This document shows positions 35,610 through 45,751 of a DNA stretch of 64,000 nt, piece by piece. The translations under genes were made by a program, and so were the position numbers. Each line of letters begins with the position of its first letter. The stretch's first letter is position 1. The stretch is from Escherichia phage vB_EcoS_MM-1: the sequence record PV577657. One strand, 5' to 3'. The notes beneath the pieces are model-generated. The model ran no database searches, was not told the DNA's origin, and worked only from the letters and a program-made list of their open reading frames with translations.

Positions 35610-38600
35610 TTAAGAGTTTCCTAATGTTTTCAGACTAGCACCGTTCTCATTCAGAGCTAATTCTACTGCGTCTCTTAGAGCACTACTATTACTAGAAGCA
35701 AACTCTCTGAAACTTGCGGCATCCATAGCACTAATATTCAAGATGATAGGTCTTCCTGAAGTTGAGTTAGATGAGGCTTTTAGCTCATCATTAGGTGTAG
35801 CTTTCATAGGAACCATAGGGGTAACTACTTCTGTACCATGTTCACCCATTTGGTAACTAACCCCTGGGTACATATTACCACCTTCAGCACGAGGAACGAA
35901 AGAGTTGGCACTACCTATACCTTGATCGCCACGAATATAAGATAGTTCACCTGCATTAGCAGACATGGACACATCTATATTCTTTTGACGCTCTCCTAAG
36001 GTTAAGTAACTAGTTGTATCAGCTCCCGAATCAGCAATACTCGACATACTCGATGCAGAGGATGCTTGGGCGAGGGCCAGAGCACCTGCCAAACCTGCCG
36101 CTACCATCAGAGGGATAGAGAACGGGTATGGAACAGCTGTTGCCGCCTGCATTACAGCTACTGCAGTTTGGATGATAATCTGCTTCTTAGCTGCGTCTTG
36201 TTGAATCTTCAGCTTTTCAGCTTCTAACTTTTTCAGTTTAGCTTTAGATGCCTCAGATTTACCATCTCGTTTCTGCTCTGCTGCAATAGCCTGATCAATT
36301 GCACTAACCTGTTGACTAGTACTATATTGAATCATAGAGGCCACAGTCTGCATACCTGAAGCAATCATAGATGTAGTATCTAAAGATCCCTGGGAGAATT
36401 GAATCATAGCATTGGTTAGGTTACCCATGCTTTGAGCTACAGCGGTTGCTTCAGAGTTTAGCTCAGATAGTTTAGAGATTGCCTGATCATAAGAAGCCAT
36501 TCTATTTTGCATATCAGCAAAATCTTTATCTTCTCCAGATAATCCAGTTGTAGGGGTATACACAGCACCTACAGAAGACCCTACCTGTTGCTGCATCTGG
36601 CTATCTCTCTGTTTTCTAAGCTGTTCTAAGGCTGCTGAAGTTTTATAAATCTCATTACGATATTTAATTTCTTCTTCAGTATTACCTTTAGACAGCTCCA
36701 GCTGCTGCTGCAGAATAGATAACCTTTCAGTGAGAATCTGGGACTGACCAGTGACATTTCTCTGCGTTTGGCTAACCTCTAAGGCATCCATAAGGGCGGA
36801 TACATGAGTAGCAGTAGCTTGTTTCTCTGCTTCCCATAACTCTCTACTTATCTGTGCTTGAGCACGTCTAGACTGTTCTGCCTCTTTTTGTTTATCCGCT
36901 TGTTTTAAGTACCACTCATATTTTTCTTCCTCTATAGTTAGTTCTAGCTTTAACTGTGCTAATCTATACTGAGTGCTAGTCATAGTACGGTCATTCAGAA
37001 GAGCTATCTCACGATCTACACCCAGAATTTTATCTGTGTAATCCTTGACCTTTTTCTGGGCTTCCATACCCTGATTAGTAAGCTTAAGTTTCTCCAGCTG
37101 AATTTTTTCAATTTCTTTCTCAACAGCTTTATTTCCCTGGTTTGTTTGAAGAACACGGCGTAAAGCAGCTTCTTGCTCTTCTAACTGTTGGAGTTCTAAA
37201 TGCCTACCAGCTTCCTGTGCTTTTTCTTTATCCTTAGTTTGGTTATATACATCAGCTATCTTCTGTTGAACTGCTAACTGATTTTTAGTTTCATTACCAG
37301 TTAGTTTAACATACTCAGATAGAGCCTGAGATGCAGTTTTCATTTCAGATAGGGTGTTAAACCCTAAGTTGAGACTTTTAACGTACTCATCAGCACTCTT
37401 ACCAGTTCCTGCGGATAGAGACGATACGTTTTTAATTACTTCTTCAAAAGTTGCACTGGTTTTAGCGGCAGTATCTGTGCTAGTAGCTATATTTTGAAAG
37501 TCATTAGCTAAATCACTAGACGTTTTCTTAGTTTGGTTATATGCTTTTTGTTGCTCTGTCAGACCCTTTAGAGCAGCAGAATTAAAGTCATATACAGCAT
37601 CTGGGTCATATACATCTTTCTGTAGATTAATCTGTTTCTGGAACTCCGGATTAGCCTTTGCAGCAGCAGCTCCTGCAGTTTGGAAGGCCGATTTCCAAGC
37701 AGTAAGGTTTTCAGTAGAATCTTCTACTTCTTTATCTAACCTACTTACTTGTAGACCCATAGCGGCGGTTTCTGCTACAAATTGCTTATTGGCCTCCGAA
37801 GCACCTGCTGCTGCAAGACCAACAGGAATACCTTCACCAACTTGACGTATAGCTAGTTTTGTATAGAAATCTGCTTGTTCCATTCGTTTATCGAACTCAG
37901 ATTTTAGCTTATTACGCTTATCAAGAGATTCCTTATACATATCTAGAGCTTTATTATAGCCTTCTTCAGAAGCAGCTAAACTTAAAGCAACAGCACCAAC
38001 GTTGGTAGGGTCTATCTGTCTATTAGTTTTTTCTTGGGCCCTAGCTGCCTCAGCAGATATAGAAGCCTGAGATGTATAAAATACTGTGTTGATAGCATCA
38101 ATTACTGGCCCTAAATACTTAGCAGCAGCTTGTTGTATTTTTCTTAGTGCAGCATCTGCATTAGCAGCAAATTGCTCCCATGGGGTTGCACGTAGTACTT
38201 CATCTAGGTAGCCAAACCGCTTAGTAGATTCAGCAATTACCGCGTTAGCATATGCTTGTTGTTTCTGGAAAGTGGTAAGACTATTAACATTATATGTTAT
38301 ACCTGTGTTTGCAGCATTTAACTGTTTAACATAATCAGCGTATGCGTCATTAAGACGGATGGTGACACCAAGTTCATCCAGAAGTTCAATTTCTTGTTTA
38401 GATACGCCCTTAATTACACGGTTAAGTGCATCAGTCATATCAACGCCAAGAACAGCAGCAGCACGACGAGCTACTAAACCAAATTTATTAAGTTGTTCAG
38501 CATCAAATCCATAAGCAGATGCTGAAGATGCCTGTCTCATTGCTTCCTCAAAAGAAATAGCATATCCAGCAGCTTCTTGTAGTGATCTAGCAAGGGTCTG

Positions 38601-39290
38601 AACAGGAGTACCTGTCTGAGTACCTACTATAACACCAAATTTTTCTAGACGATTTAGCTGATCACCTAGTTTAAGTTGTTCAAATGCTGATTGCAAAACG
38701 AAGATGTTGGAAGCAAGAGCTGCGTACATAATAGGTAAACTACCACCTATCTTAGCCATTGCCGCAAAATCACGAGTTGCACCACGTGCTGAACCAGAAG
38801 TATTACCAATAGCTCTAGAAGCTCTACCAGCGGCACCAGCAGTGTCGTTAAAACCTCTAGCTGTACCACCTAATGCTCTATTAGTATCGTATAATCTATC
38901 CTGGACTTTTTCTGTTGCAGCTGCAACATCATTACCCATTGTTTTAACAGATCTAGAAACTCCATCAAATCCGACTTCTAATTTATCTGCTACTTCAATC
39001 ATTGTAATAGCGAGGTCGTCTAACTTAGCCCCTATATCATTAATAGATTTAGTAACACTAAGCATACCCCTACTAGCTTGCATTTTAGTAAGACTTTTCG
39101 CTGCTCTGTCTGCTGCCCTCTCAATGGAATAAAGAGTTCTGGGCATTTTACCTAACTGCTCATTTGTCAGTTCGGAAGCAGCAGCAGCATTTTCCAACGC
39201 ATCAGATACGTTTTCAATAGACTTTGCAGTACGAGTTGCCCCCTTCTGTTTAACGTCTATTAGTAATTCTCGTATTAGCTTATCAGTCAT
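35610..39290 (-). CDS. tail tape measure protein (pb2-like)
   Basis: 1226 aa; long coiled-coil middle, hydrophobic Ala-rich segments. Confidence 0.85.
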   Translation of the reverse strand: MTDKLIRELLIDVKQKGATRTAKSIENVSDALENAAAASELTNEQLGKMPRTLYSIERAADRAAKSLTKMQASRGMLSVTKSINDIGAKLDDLAITMIEVADKLEVGFDGVSRSVKTMGNDVAAATEKVQDRLYDTNRALGGTARGFNDTAGAAGRASRAIGNTSGSARGATRDFAAMAKIGGSLPIMYAALASNIFVLQSAFEQLKLGDQLNRLEKFGVIVGTQTGTPVQTLARSLQEAAGYAISFEEAMRQASSASAYGFDAEQLNKFGLVARRAAAVLGVDMTDALNRVIKGVSKQEIELLDELGVTIRLNDAYADYVKQLNAANTGITYNVNSLTTFQKQQAYANAVIAESTKRFGYLDEVLRATPWEQFAANADAALRKIQQAAAKYLGPVIDAINTVFYTSQASISAEAARAQEKTNRQIDPTNVGAVALSLAASEEGYNKALDMYKESLDKRNKLKSEFDKRMEQADFYTKLAIRQVGEGIPVGLAAAGASEANKQFVAETAAMGLQVSRLDKEVEDSTENLTAWKSAFQTAGAAAAKANPEFQKQINLQKDVYDPDAVYDFNSAALKGLTEQQKAYNQTKKTSSDLANDFQNIATSTDTAAKTSATFEEVIKNVSSLSAGTGKSADEYVKSLNLGFNTLSEMKTASQALSEYVKLTGNETKNQLAVQQKIADVYNQTKDKEKAQEAGRHLELQQLEEQEAALRRVLQTNQGNKAVEKEIEKIQLEKLKLTNQGMEAQKKVKDYTDKILGVDREIALLNDRTMTSTQYRLAQLKLELTIEEEKYEWYLKQADKQKEAEQSRRAQAQISRELWEAEKQATATHVSALMDALEVSQTQRNVTGQSQILTERLSILQQQLELSKGNTEEEIKYRNEIYKTSAALEQLRKQRDSQMQQQVGSSVGAVYTPTTGLSGEDKDFADMQNRMASYDQAISKLSELNSEATAVAQSMGNLTNAMIQFSQGSLDTTSMIASGMQTVASMIQYSTSQQVSAIDQAIAAEQKRDGKSEASKAKLKKLEAEKLKIQQDAAKKQIIIQTAVAVMQAATAVPYPFSIPLMVAAGLAGALALAQASSASSMSSIADSGADTTSYLTLGERQKNIDVSMSANAGELSYIRGDQGIGSANSFVPRAEGGNMYPGVSYQMGEHGTEVVTPMVPMKATPNDELKASSNSTSGRPIILNISAMDAASFREFASSNSSALRDAVELALNENGASLKTLGNS

Positions 39291-39302
39291 GTTTTATTTT
39301 TC

Positions 39303-39337
39303 CCAATAAAAAAGGCTCTGGGCAAATCACCCAGAGC
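39303..39337 (-). terminator. hairpin terminator/attenuator upstream of the tape measure gene
   Basis: GGCTCTGGG-caaatca-CCCAGAGCC with T-run on the minus strand; flank TTTTCCCAATAAAAAAGG shared with the 44306..44337 element. Confidence 0.55.
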
Positions 39338-39373
39338 CAAGCCTCATCGTGGAACGCCCATTGGAGGAAACTT

Positions 39374-39742
39374 TTACCGTGCACGAGATCTAGCATGTGG
39401 CTTAACGTTAGGAATCCTTCCGTTTTGCGGTTTATGCTTCTCAGCACGTTTACGTGCAGCATCTACAGCTTTAGCATCAAATATATTGATAATGTGTAGA
39501 ACAAATTCTTTTTCTATAGGATCAGTAATCCCATAAATATCAAATAAAACACCTAGTGCAGCCTTATCCTTACCTATAAAAATAGGAAAGTCACCCGGTA
39601 TGAAACAGTCAATCAGACTGTTATAAATATTCATACTAATAGATACAATAGGTGGAAAATCTTCGAGTTCAACGGGCATAGCCTTAGGATCAGGCTCTAT
39701 ACCCATTGACTCGCAAAGTATTAAATATTGTTGTTTAGTCAT
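39374..39742 (-). CDS. tail assembly chaperone-like protein (by position), possible frameshift extension product
   Basis: Lies just upstream of the tape measure gene; its frame is open upstream to 39829, overlapping the end of 39804..40208. Confidence 0.45.
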   Translation of the reverse strand: MTKQQYLILCESMGIEPDPKAMPVELEDFPPIVSISMNIYNSLIDCFIPGDFPIFIGKDKAALGVLFDIYGITDPIEKEFVLHIINIFDAKAVDAARKRAEKHKPQNGRIPNVKPHARSRAR

Positions 39743-39803
39743 TTTAGATGCTGAGCTTTTAATACATTTGTCTGCAAAATCAGCAACAGCATCTAGAAGT
39801 TCT

Positions 39804-40208
39804 TTACGCTTTTGAGCTACGAAAAGTGTCTAAGTGGAACACTGTCTGGTTGATCCAAGAATCAAACGCAGCAGAGTTCTGCATGAGCATTACAGCATTA
39901 TCGCGGCTAAAAGGAACTTCAGTAGCAGGATCAGCATCTGTTTCAATCAGCATCAGTTTTTCAACGTCACCTACAGTCAAACCAGTCCAACCTTTAATAG
40001 CTGCGTCAACAAAGGCTTCAATGAACTTATCATCATCCTGTACCTGAACCAAAGTACCATTAACCCATTCATCGCGTTTAGCAGAAGAAATAACACGTTT
40101 AGAGGTAGCACGAGACATATAGTTAAGTTCTAGTTTAAAGTTCGGCATACCTGGGTAGGAAAGAGTAATAGTACGAGTATCAAGAGTAATATCTTTTAAA
40201 TTAATCAT
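39804..40208 (-). CDS. tail assembly chaperone-like protein (by position)
   Basis: 134 aa between tube and tape measure genes. Confidence 0.45.
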   Translation of the reverse strand: MINLKDITLDTRTITLSYPGMPNFKLELNYMSRATSKRVISSAKRDEWVNGTLVQVQDDDKFIEAFVDAAIKGWTGLTVGDVEKLMLIETDADPATEVPFSRDNAVMLMQNSAAFDSWINQTVFHLDTFRSSKA

Positions 40209-41104
40209 TTTTTAATTTCTCCAAAGAAATCTATTCTCACTGGGTCTGAAGAAGCAGTAGGTATAATGTCCCACTCAACTCTATACACATCTGAGAACTC
40301 TAGGCGTTTTGTAATACGTGCTGAAGGAAAATCTATAGAAATATTATTATTTCTTATCGTTAAAGGTAGATCTGTCTCCGGTTCGATAGTGTAAACCATA
40401 TCTCCTGCAAAACGTTTTAAGTAATATAGAGAAATGGTTGCCGAAGCATTCATTTCATTTACATAAGCTCTTTTATTATTATAAATTTTATTTATATCAA
40501 AAACACTCTTATCTTCTCTCCAAGAGCACTGCTGTTGGAAAGATAAAGAGGCAGAAATAAGACCGGGTAAGATGCTGCCATTAGTAGAAGCTATTACTGG
40601 GCTGTAAGACATTACTTCACCCTGTATAATAGAAGCTGCTTCTCTATACGTAGATACTTCGGAAAATTTTCCCGATTCAATACCAACATTAAGAATTGGT
40701 ATGTTCTTATCTAAAGAAAAATCTACCGTAGATACATAACAGTTTTCAAAATATACACAGTTATTATCTTTATTTACTATATAGATATTGAACATAATAG
40801 GTTCAATATTACTACTATATAGTGGGAGTAAGAAAGTATTACCTTTTCTATCAAAACCTAACCATTCAAAGAAGTTAGCCTCAGTAAGAGTATTACTGAA
40901 ATTTACTGCTAGAGAGATAGAAGAGGGGGTTTGAGCATTTATAATAGAGTCTGCATAGTTAGTTCTACGATGAACAGTCCTACGAAGAGTCTTGAATTCC
41001 TCGTAGGAAGTCTGTATATCATAGTTTGATAGGGCATCAAAATGAAATGCCCTACCATCATACTCAACTATAACTTTTGACTCTCTCATTAGAGAGTAGT
41101 ACAT
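40205..41104 (-). CDS. tail protein, function unknown
   Basis: 299 aa, immediately after the tube gene. Confidence 0.5.
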   Translation of the reverse strand: MYYSLMRESKVIVEYDGRAFHFDALSNYDIQTSYEEFKTLRRTVHRRTNYADSIINAQTPSSISLAVNFSNTLTEANFFEWLGFDRKGNTFLLPLYSSNIEPIMFNIYIVNKDNNCVYFENCYVSTVDFSLDKNIPILNVGIESGKFSEVSTYREAASIIQGEVMSYSPVIASTNGSILPGLISASLSFQQQCSWREDKSVFDINKIYNNKRAYVNEMNASATISLYYLKRFAGDMVYTIEPETDLPLTIRNNNISIDFPSARITKRLEFSDVYRVEWDIIPTASSDPVRIDFFGEIKK

Positions 41105-41108
41105 TTAA

Positions 41109-42503
41109 TTAGCCACCTGCTGTTACAGTAATCTGTTTAGTACCTTTAACTCCAGAACCATCTTTAGCAGTAGCTTCTACAGTAACTGCACCAGTTTTAC
41201 TAGCATCTGCTGTTAACAGTCCGGTCGCACTGATAGTAGCTGCATCGCCGGCAGTGATAGCCCAAGTAACTTCCTTATTCTTTGCGGAAGAAGGAGTAAC
41301 TTCAACACTCATTTGAAGAGTAGCCGAGTTGTTTACTGTAGTAGCATCACCAGCAGATTTAACAGTAATTGCGGTTACAGCATTAGTAGCACCATCACCA
41401 TTAACAATCAAGTTATTAATAGTTGTTTTGGTATATTTACTAGAGAAGCCTAAGTAACCTTCATCACCAGCATCCAGATCAGATGGAATAGCTTTAAACT
41501 CTACTGAAGTACCAAGTACATCATCAGTTTCAATAGTAGGAATATTAACGTGTGCTTGTTTAGCTACCAAAATAGCCGCAGGACGTTCTTCATCGTATTC
41601 GCCACCAAGTACTAGAGCAATTTCGAAGCGGTTAACTACCTTCAGAGTTTTGATAAGATCTTTATACAGCTCCATAGAACCAAGAGATTTATCATTCAGA
41701 TAAGCAGTTAATGAACCAGTTAGTTCAAATGCGCCAGTAAATGAACCGATCGGAATATTTACACGGGACATAATATTTGGGGTTAGATACGTGATATTAT
41801 TATTAATGGTGAAAGTACCACCAGTAATAGGTATGTCATAAGACTTATTGGTATCCATATCCTTAATTTTCAAGATAGTCAGTTTGTTCTTAATATAAGA
41901 ACCCTGGATAGTCATATAAGTTTCATCATCAATACCTACCTCATCTGGATCAAATGGTTGCTCATCCAGAGGAATAAGCTGATTACCATTACCAGACCAA
42001 GTTACACGGCCAATATCTTCAATATCAACATTAACTTCTGCCTGATTAATCTGACAGGAATCAATATAACTCCATGCTTTATCAGTCAGAATATAAATAT
42101 GTAACATTGCTAACTCGTGATAAGAGTTATCTTTGAAGTTAACCATAAAGTTAGCTTCGTTATTGTGTGCCCCTGTATTACCCCCTAAGTTAATAGCTTT
42201 ACCACTAGAAAGTGCATGCCATAACATATAGTCAGGAACGATTTGCTTCTGATCCTCTTTATTGATATAGGGCAGGATGTAAGTGGAGAAACTCCACTCA
42301 GCTGCGTTTAAAGAGTCATTAAAACGTTTAGAACCACGAGTTGGACGCGGACCAGCTTCATTAACAGTAATATCTGTTGAGTTACTGTCCTGACCCCAAG
42401 AAATATCATCCTGAACTAGAATCTCTTGCGTGTTGGTCTTATTATGACCAGTCTTAACCGTAGACACGAAGATTCGAGTATTACGTAATAGTTGTAAAGA
42501 CAT
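41109..42503 (-). CDS. major tail tube protein (pb6-like) with C-terminal Ig-like (Big_2) domain
   Basis: 464 aa, same as T5 pb6; C-terminal Ig-like segment. Confidence 0.8.
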   Translation of the reverse strand: MSLQLLRNTRIFVSTVKTGHNKTNTQEILVQDDISWGQDSNSTDITVNEAGPRPTRGSKRFNDSLNAAEWSFSTYILPYINKEDQKQIVPDYMLWHALSSGKAINLGGNTGAHNNEANFMVNFKDNSYHELAMLHIYILTDKAWSYIDSCQINQAEVNVDIEDIGRVTWSGNGNQLIPLDEQPFDPDEVGIDDETYMTIQGSYIKNKLTILKIKDMDTNKSYDIPITGGTFTINNNITYLTPNIMSRVNIPIGSFTGAFELTGSLTAYLNDKSLGSMELYKDLIKTLKVVNRFEIALVLGGEYDEERPAAILVAKQAHVNIPTIETDDVLGTSVEFKAIPSDLDAGDEGYLGFSSKYTKTTINNLIVNGDGATNAVTAITVKSAGDATTVNNSATLQMSVEVTPSSAKNKEVTWAITAGDAATISATGLLTADASKTGAVTVEATAKDGSGVKGTKQITVTAGG

Positions 42504-42529
42504 TTAATTATTTTCTCCTAATCTGTAAC

Positions 42530-43015
42530 TTATCTGCGAAGTGACCTACGTGGAGGCTGATACCTCACTGTTACATTTATTTCTGCTAAACCATATGGGG
42601 CCAGTAGACCCTCATCTGTACTAACTGATGTAATGATCATATCAGTTGCCTCACATGGGAAGGTCGATCCATTAGGTTTACTAACAGTATATTCTAAATT
42701 TCCACCTGTGTCAATAACGGTTTTTATATCCGCTACGAGTTTTTCAAGTTGCTCTTGAATGTCTGTTTTCTCTTTATCGTACACCAGGATTGGAAGTTCT
42801 AAAAACATCCACTGTTGGCCCGAAGGAAGATACTGCCCAGTTTCAGTTCCGATATGGACTGCCACATAAGGAAACTCTCGTATTTCCTCAAATTTATAAG
42901 TTTGACGAGAAACGTTTCCATATAGGTTATTAAAATATTCATCAGGTTGAGAGCCATCCAACTGTTTAGATATACGGTCAACCAGAGCTTGTGCAATACT
43001 TGTTCTATGATCCAT
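42530..43015 (-). CDS. tail completion/terminator protein
   Basis: 161 aa, upstream of the tube gene. Confidence 0.5.
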   Translation of the reverse strand: MDHRTSIAQALVDRISKQLDGSQPDEYFNNLYGNVSRQTYKFEEIREFPYVAVHIGTETGQYLPSGQQWMFLELPILVYDKEKTDIQEQLEKLVADIKTVIDTGGNLEYTVSKPNGSTFPCEATDMIITSVSTDEGLLAPYGLAEINVTVRYQPPRRSLRR

Positions 43016-43018
43016 TTA

Positions 43019-43786
43019 TTAGGTTCCTTGATTAACCTTGATTTTATATCTAGAGTGAATCAGGTCTCTTGCAGCTTTTGCTATAGCCTCACCAATAAGT
43101 TTTTGGGGGTTTCTAGCGCCTGGGTAAGGTCGTAGAGATAATCTTCGATATGTAGATACTGCTGGATTAAATACAGAATATGGACGTACCATATAATTAT
43201 ACGTCACGTTTAGTTCGGGGGCACCTTTACTAGTCTCTGCATCCCTAAGCATAACATCTTTAATTTTTAGAGAATTTGCAAATCTACCAGTTCTAAACTT
43301 TAATGGCGCTCCTGCCTTTTTCATATCTTTTATCAAATATTCCTTAGCAACTATTTCAAGAATAGTACGCATATTACTATTTGATACAAAACGACCGGAA
43401 GCACCTGTTACTGCACCAGAATAACCATCTTCCACATCTCTAGGATCACCGAAGTTTACCTGTACTCTACCTGTAGAACGTTTTTTACCTACAGCAGATT
43501 TTTTACCCGCGGTTGCTTGTATTAAGTTCTCTAGAGCACCTAAATCTCCCGAAAGATCTAAACTAGAGGATACCGCTTTTAGTATAGAGGCTGTTCTAAC
43601 ATCAAGAAGATCTTGTGATACGGGTTTTGAAAACTTAAAAGATACTTGAGCAACAGTACCATCTCTGGTAGGATCTTTTAACCCTGTCTCAACAGAGTAC
43701 ACAACAGTATTCTTATTATTTTCAGATCGTCCTGCAGTATCTAGCTGCTCTTTAATAATTTGTTTAGCTAGATCGGAAAGAGACAT
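43019..43786 (-). CDS. head-tail joining protein
   Basis: 255 aa, between capsid and tail genes. Confidence 0.45.
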   Translation of the reverse strand: MSLSDLAKQIIKEQLDTAGRSENNKNTVVYSVETGLKDPTRDGTVAQVSFKFSKPVSQDLLDVRTASILKAVSSSLDLSGDLGALENLIQATAGKKSAVGKKRSTGRVQVNFGDPRDVEDGYSGAVTGASGRFVSNSNMRTILEIVAKEYLIKDMKKAGAPLKFRTGRFANSLKIKDVMLRDAETSKGAPELNVTYNYMVRPYSVFNPAVSTYRRLSLRPYPGARNPQKLIGEAIAKAARDLIHSRYKIKVNQGT

Positions 43787-44298
43787 TATACTCTCCTGTA
43801 TACTTCAATAATAGTACGAATATGCTCTGGAATACCAGACTTAGTGCTATTGAAGGTTACTGTTTCACCACCAATTGTTTTAGCTTGGCGATAATCTTGT
43901 TTATGCCAATGATCTACTAGCATACACGCTGCTAACTTAAGATCTTCAGGCACTGGGTTAAATCCACCTTGTGTATACGCTACGTCCATATAACCTTCTG
44001 GAGGATTAAATTTGAGAAGGATAATACCGTCAGAGTATAGTTTATACTGCTCTGGGTCAATCTCATTATCATTAATCGTCACTTTAGTTACGGAGGTAGC
44101 AGATGGTGAACTCAGAAAATATTTCCTACGTGTAGGTTTTGTATTGATTAACTGGTCTACCGCATCAGCATCATCCATGCCTAGAAGGCTCGTAATCAGC
44201 GCATTGGCAGCAGTAATCATCATTTCTACACCGGATTCTAGTTCAGGTCGCTTTAAGCTACCATATAATCTATAGTCTTCGGCTGTAATGATTTGCAT
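43786..44298 (-). CDS. head completion/adaptor protein
   Basis: 170 aa, follows the major capsid gene. Confidence 0.45.
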   Translation of the reverse strand: MQIITAEDYRLYGSLKRPELESGVEMMITAANALITSLLGMDDADAVDQLINTKPTRRKYFLSSPSATSVTKVTINDNEIDPEQYKLYSDGIILLKFNPPEGYMDVAYTQGGFNPVPEDLKLAACMLVDHWHKQDYRQAKTIGGETVTFNSTKSGIPEHIRTIIEVYRRV

Positions 44299-44305
44299 TT
44301 ATTTT

Positions 44306-44337
44306 TCCCAATAAAAAAGGAGAGCCGAAGCTCTCCT
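44306..44337 (-). terminator. hairpin terminator/attenuator after the major capsid gene
   Basis: AGGAGAGC-cgaa-GCTCTCCT with T-run on the minus strand. Confidence 0.55.
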
Positions 44338-44357
44338 TATCGGCTGAAAAGCCTGTA

Positions 44358-45734
44358 TTAAGATGCAGCGTAAGCACCAGATACAACGCCGTTATTAAAG
44401 TAACGTTGCAGGTTAACACGCTGAGTAACGTAGTACGCATCACGCTGTTTACCAGCTTGGCGCTCACGTTCAACAGTAACAGCACGCTGACGCGGCATTA
44501 CGAAGTTATCTTTATAAACAATAACTGCGAACTCTGCAGAGTTAGCTTTAGCCGGGAAGAACTCAGAAACTACAACCGGCAGACCGTAAATACGACCAAC
44601 CTGACCTTGCAGTTTAACAGCATCATTACCAACTTGGGCAACATCCTGCCATTCTTCATCTTCCAGCAGATCGTAATAAGCATCCATAGATACAATCAGT
44701 ACCAGTTTGCTCAGTTTCAGACCATGACGGCCCAGTTTACGGCGCAGTTTAGAGATAGTTTTAGCAGTTACCAGAACAGAACCATCAGCTTTAGCTTCAG
44801 TAATAACTTTAGCACTATCGCCTTCAGCCAGTTTCAGCAGACCCTTAGGCTTACCAGTACCGTCACCAGTCATGAAAGCTTCTTCGATAGAAACAGCGTG
44901 TGCTTCAATCAGACGCTTACGCAGCAGCGGTAGCAGGGAGAAGATTGCATCTTCTTCAGTTTCATCAGTAATGAAGGACTTAGCAGCCAGTTTATAGGTT
45001 TTGAACTGAATTTCAGTCAGAGCACCTTTAACTTCGTCACCAGTAGTAGCATCAGTACCATATGCGCTAGCATCTACCCAAGTAGCTTTACCAGCATCTG
45101 GTTCAACCAGCATAGTAAGAATTTTGCTGGACATTGGCAGTTCTTCAAACAGAGCACCAACTACTAGTTCTTTCTGCAGGTCACGAATAATACGCTGGGA
45201 GAAAATAGTTTCGTAGCTTTCACTAGAAACTTCTACTGAAGAGGACTGGTTTACAGTTTTCAGGTGTCTCTGGCCATGTTCGGTATCAAATACACCTTTT
45301 TCCATCACGTAAGACAGAAGAACCAGTTTTTCAACTTCATCTTCAAAGTTTTCCTGAGTACCGTACAGTGCTTTAGTTACGCTATCACCAACGAAGGAAC
45401 GACCTTCACGAGCTGCTAGCAGAGATTTGATTTCGTCCTGAAGACCAACAATAGTTTCCTGCTGTTTTTCTACAGTCTGTGCAAACAGTTCTGCGCTCTT
45501 CTTAGATTTCTCATCCAGGGATTTAACCAGTTCCAGAGCTTCTTCTAGCTTCTGACGATCTTCGCCAACTGCTTTAGAAACCAGGTCATTCATACGAGCC
45601 AGTTCTTTTTCTTCCTGCTCTTTACGCATACGTTCAGCTTCAGCAGCTTTCTGAGCAGCGGTCAGACCTTCCAGAGATTTAGCCAGATCACCCAGACCAA
45701 GTTCTTCTTTCAGCTTATTAATATCAATAGTCAT
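44358..45734 (-). CDS. major capsid protein precursor (HK97 fold, pb8-like) with N-terminal scaffolding delta domain
   Basis: 458 aa, same as T5 pb8; coiled-coil N-terminus (EELGLGDLAKSLEGLTAAQKAAEAERMRKEQEEKEL). Confidence 0.85.
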   Translation of the reverse strand: MTIDINKLKEELGLGDLAKSLEGLTAAQKAAEAERMRKEQEEKELARMNDLVSKAVGEDRQKLEEALELVKSLDEKSKKSAELFAQTVEKQQETIVGLQDEIKSLLAAREGRSFVGDSVTKALYGTQENFEDEVEKLVLLSYVMEKGVFDTEHGQRHLKTVNQSSSVEVSSESYETIFSQRIIRDLQKELVVGALFEELPMSSKILTMLVEPDAGKATWVDASAYGTDATTGDEVKGALTEIQFKTYKLAAKSFITDETEEDAIFSLLPLLRKRLIEAHAVSIEEAFMTGDGTGKPKGLLKLAEGDSAKVITEAKADGSVLVTAKTISKLRRKLGRHGLKLSKLVLIVSMDAYYDLLEDEEWQDVAQVGNDAVKLQGQVGRIYGLPVVVSEFFPAKANSAEFAVIVYKDNFVMPRQRAVTVERERQAGKQRDAYYVTQRVNLQRYFNNGVVSGAYAAS

Positions 45735-45751
45735 TTTTAAATAATTCTCCG

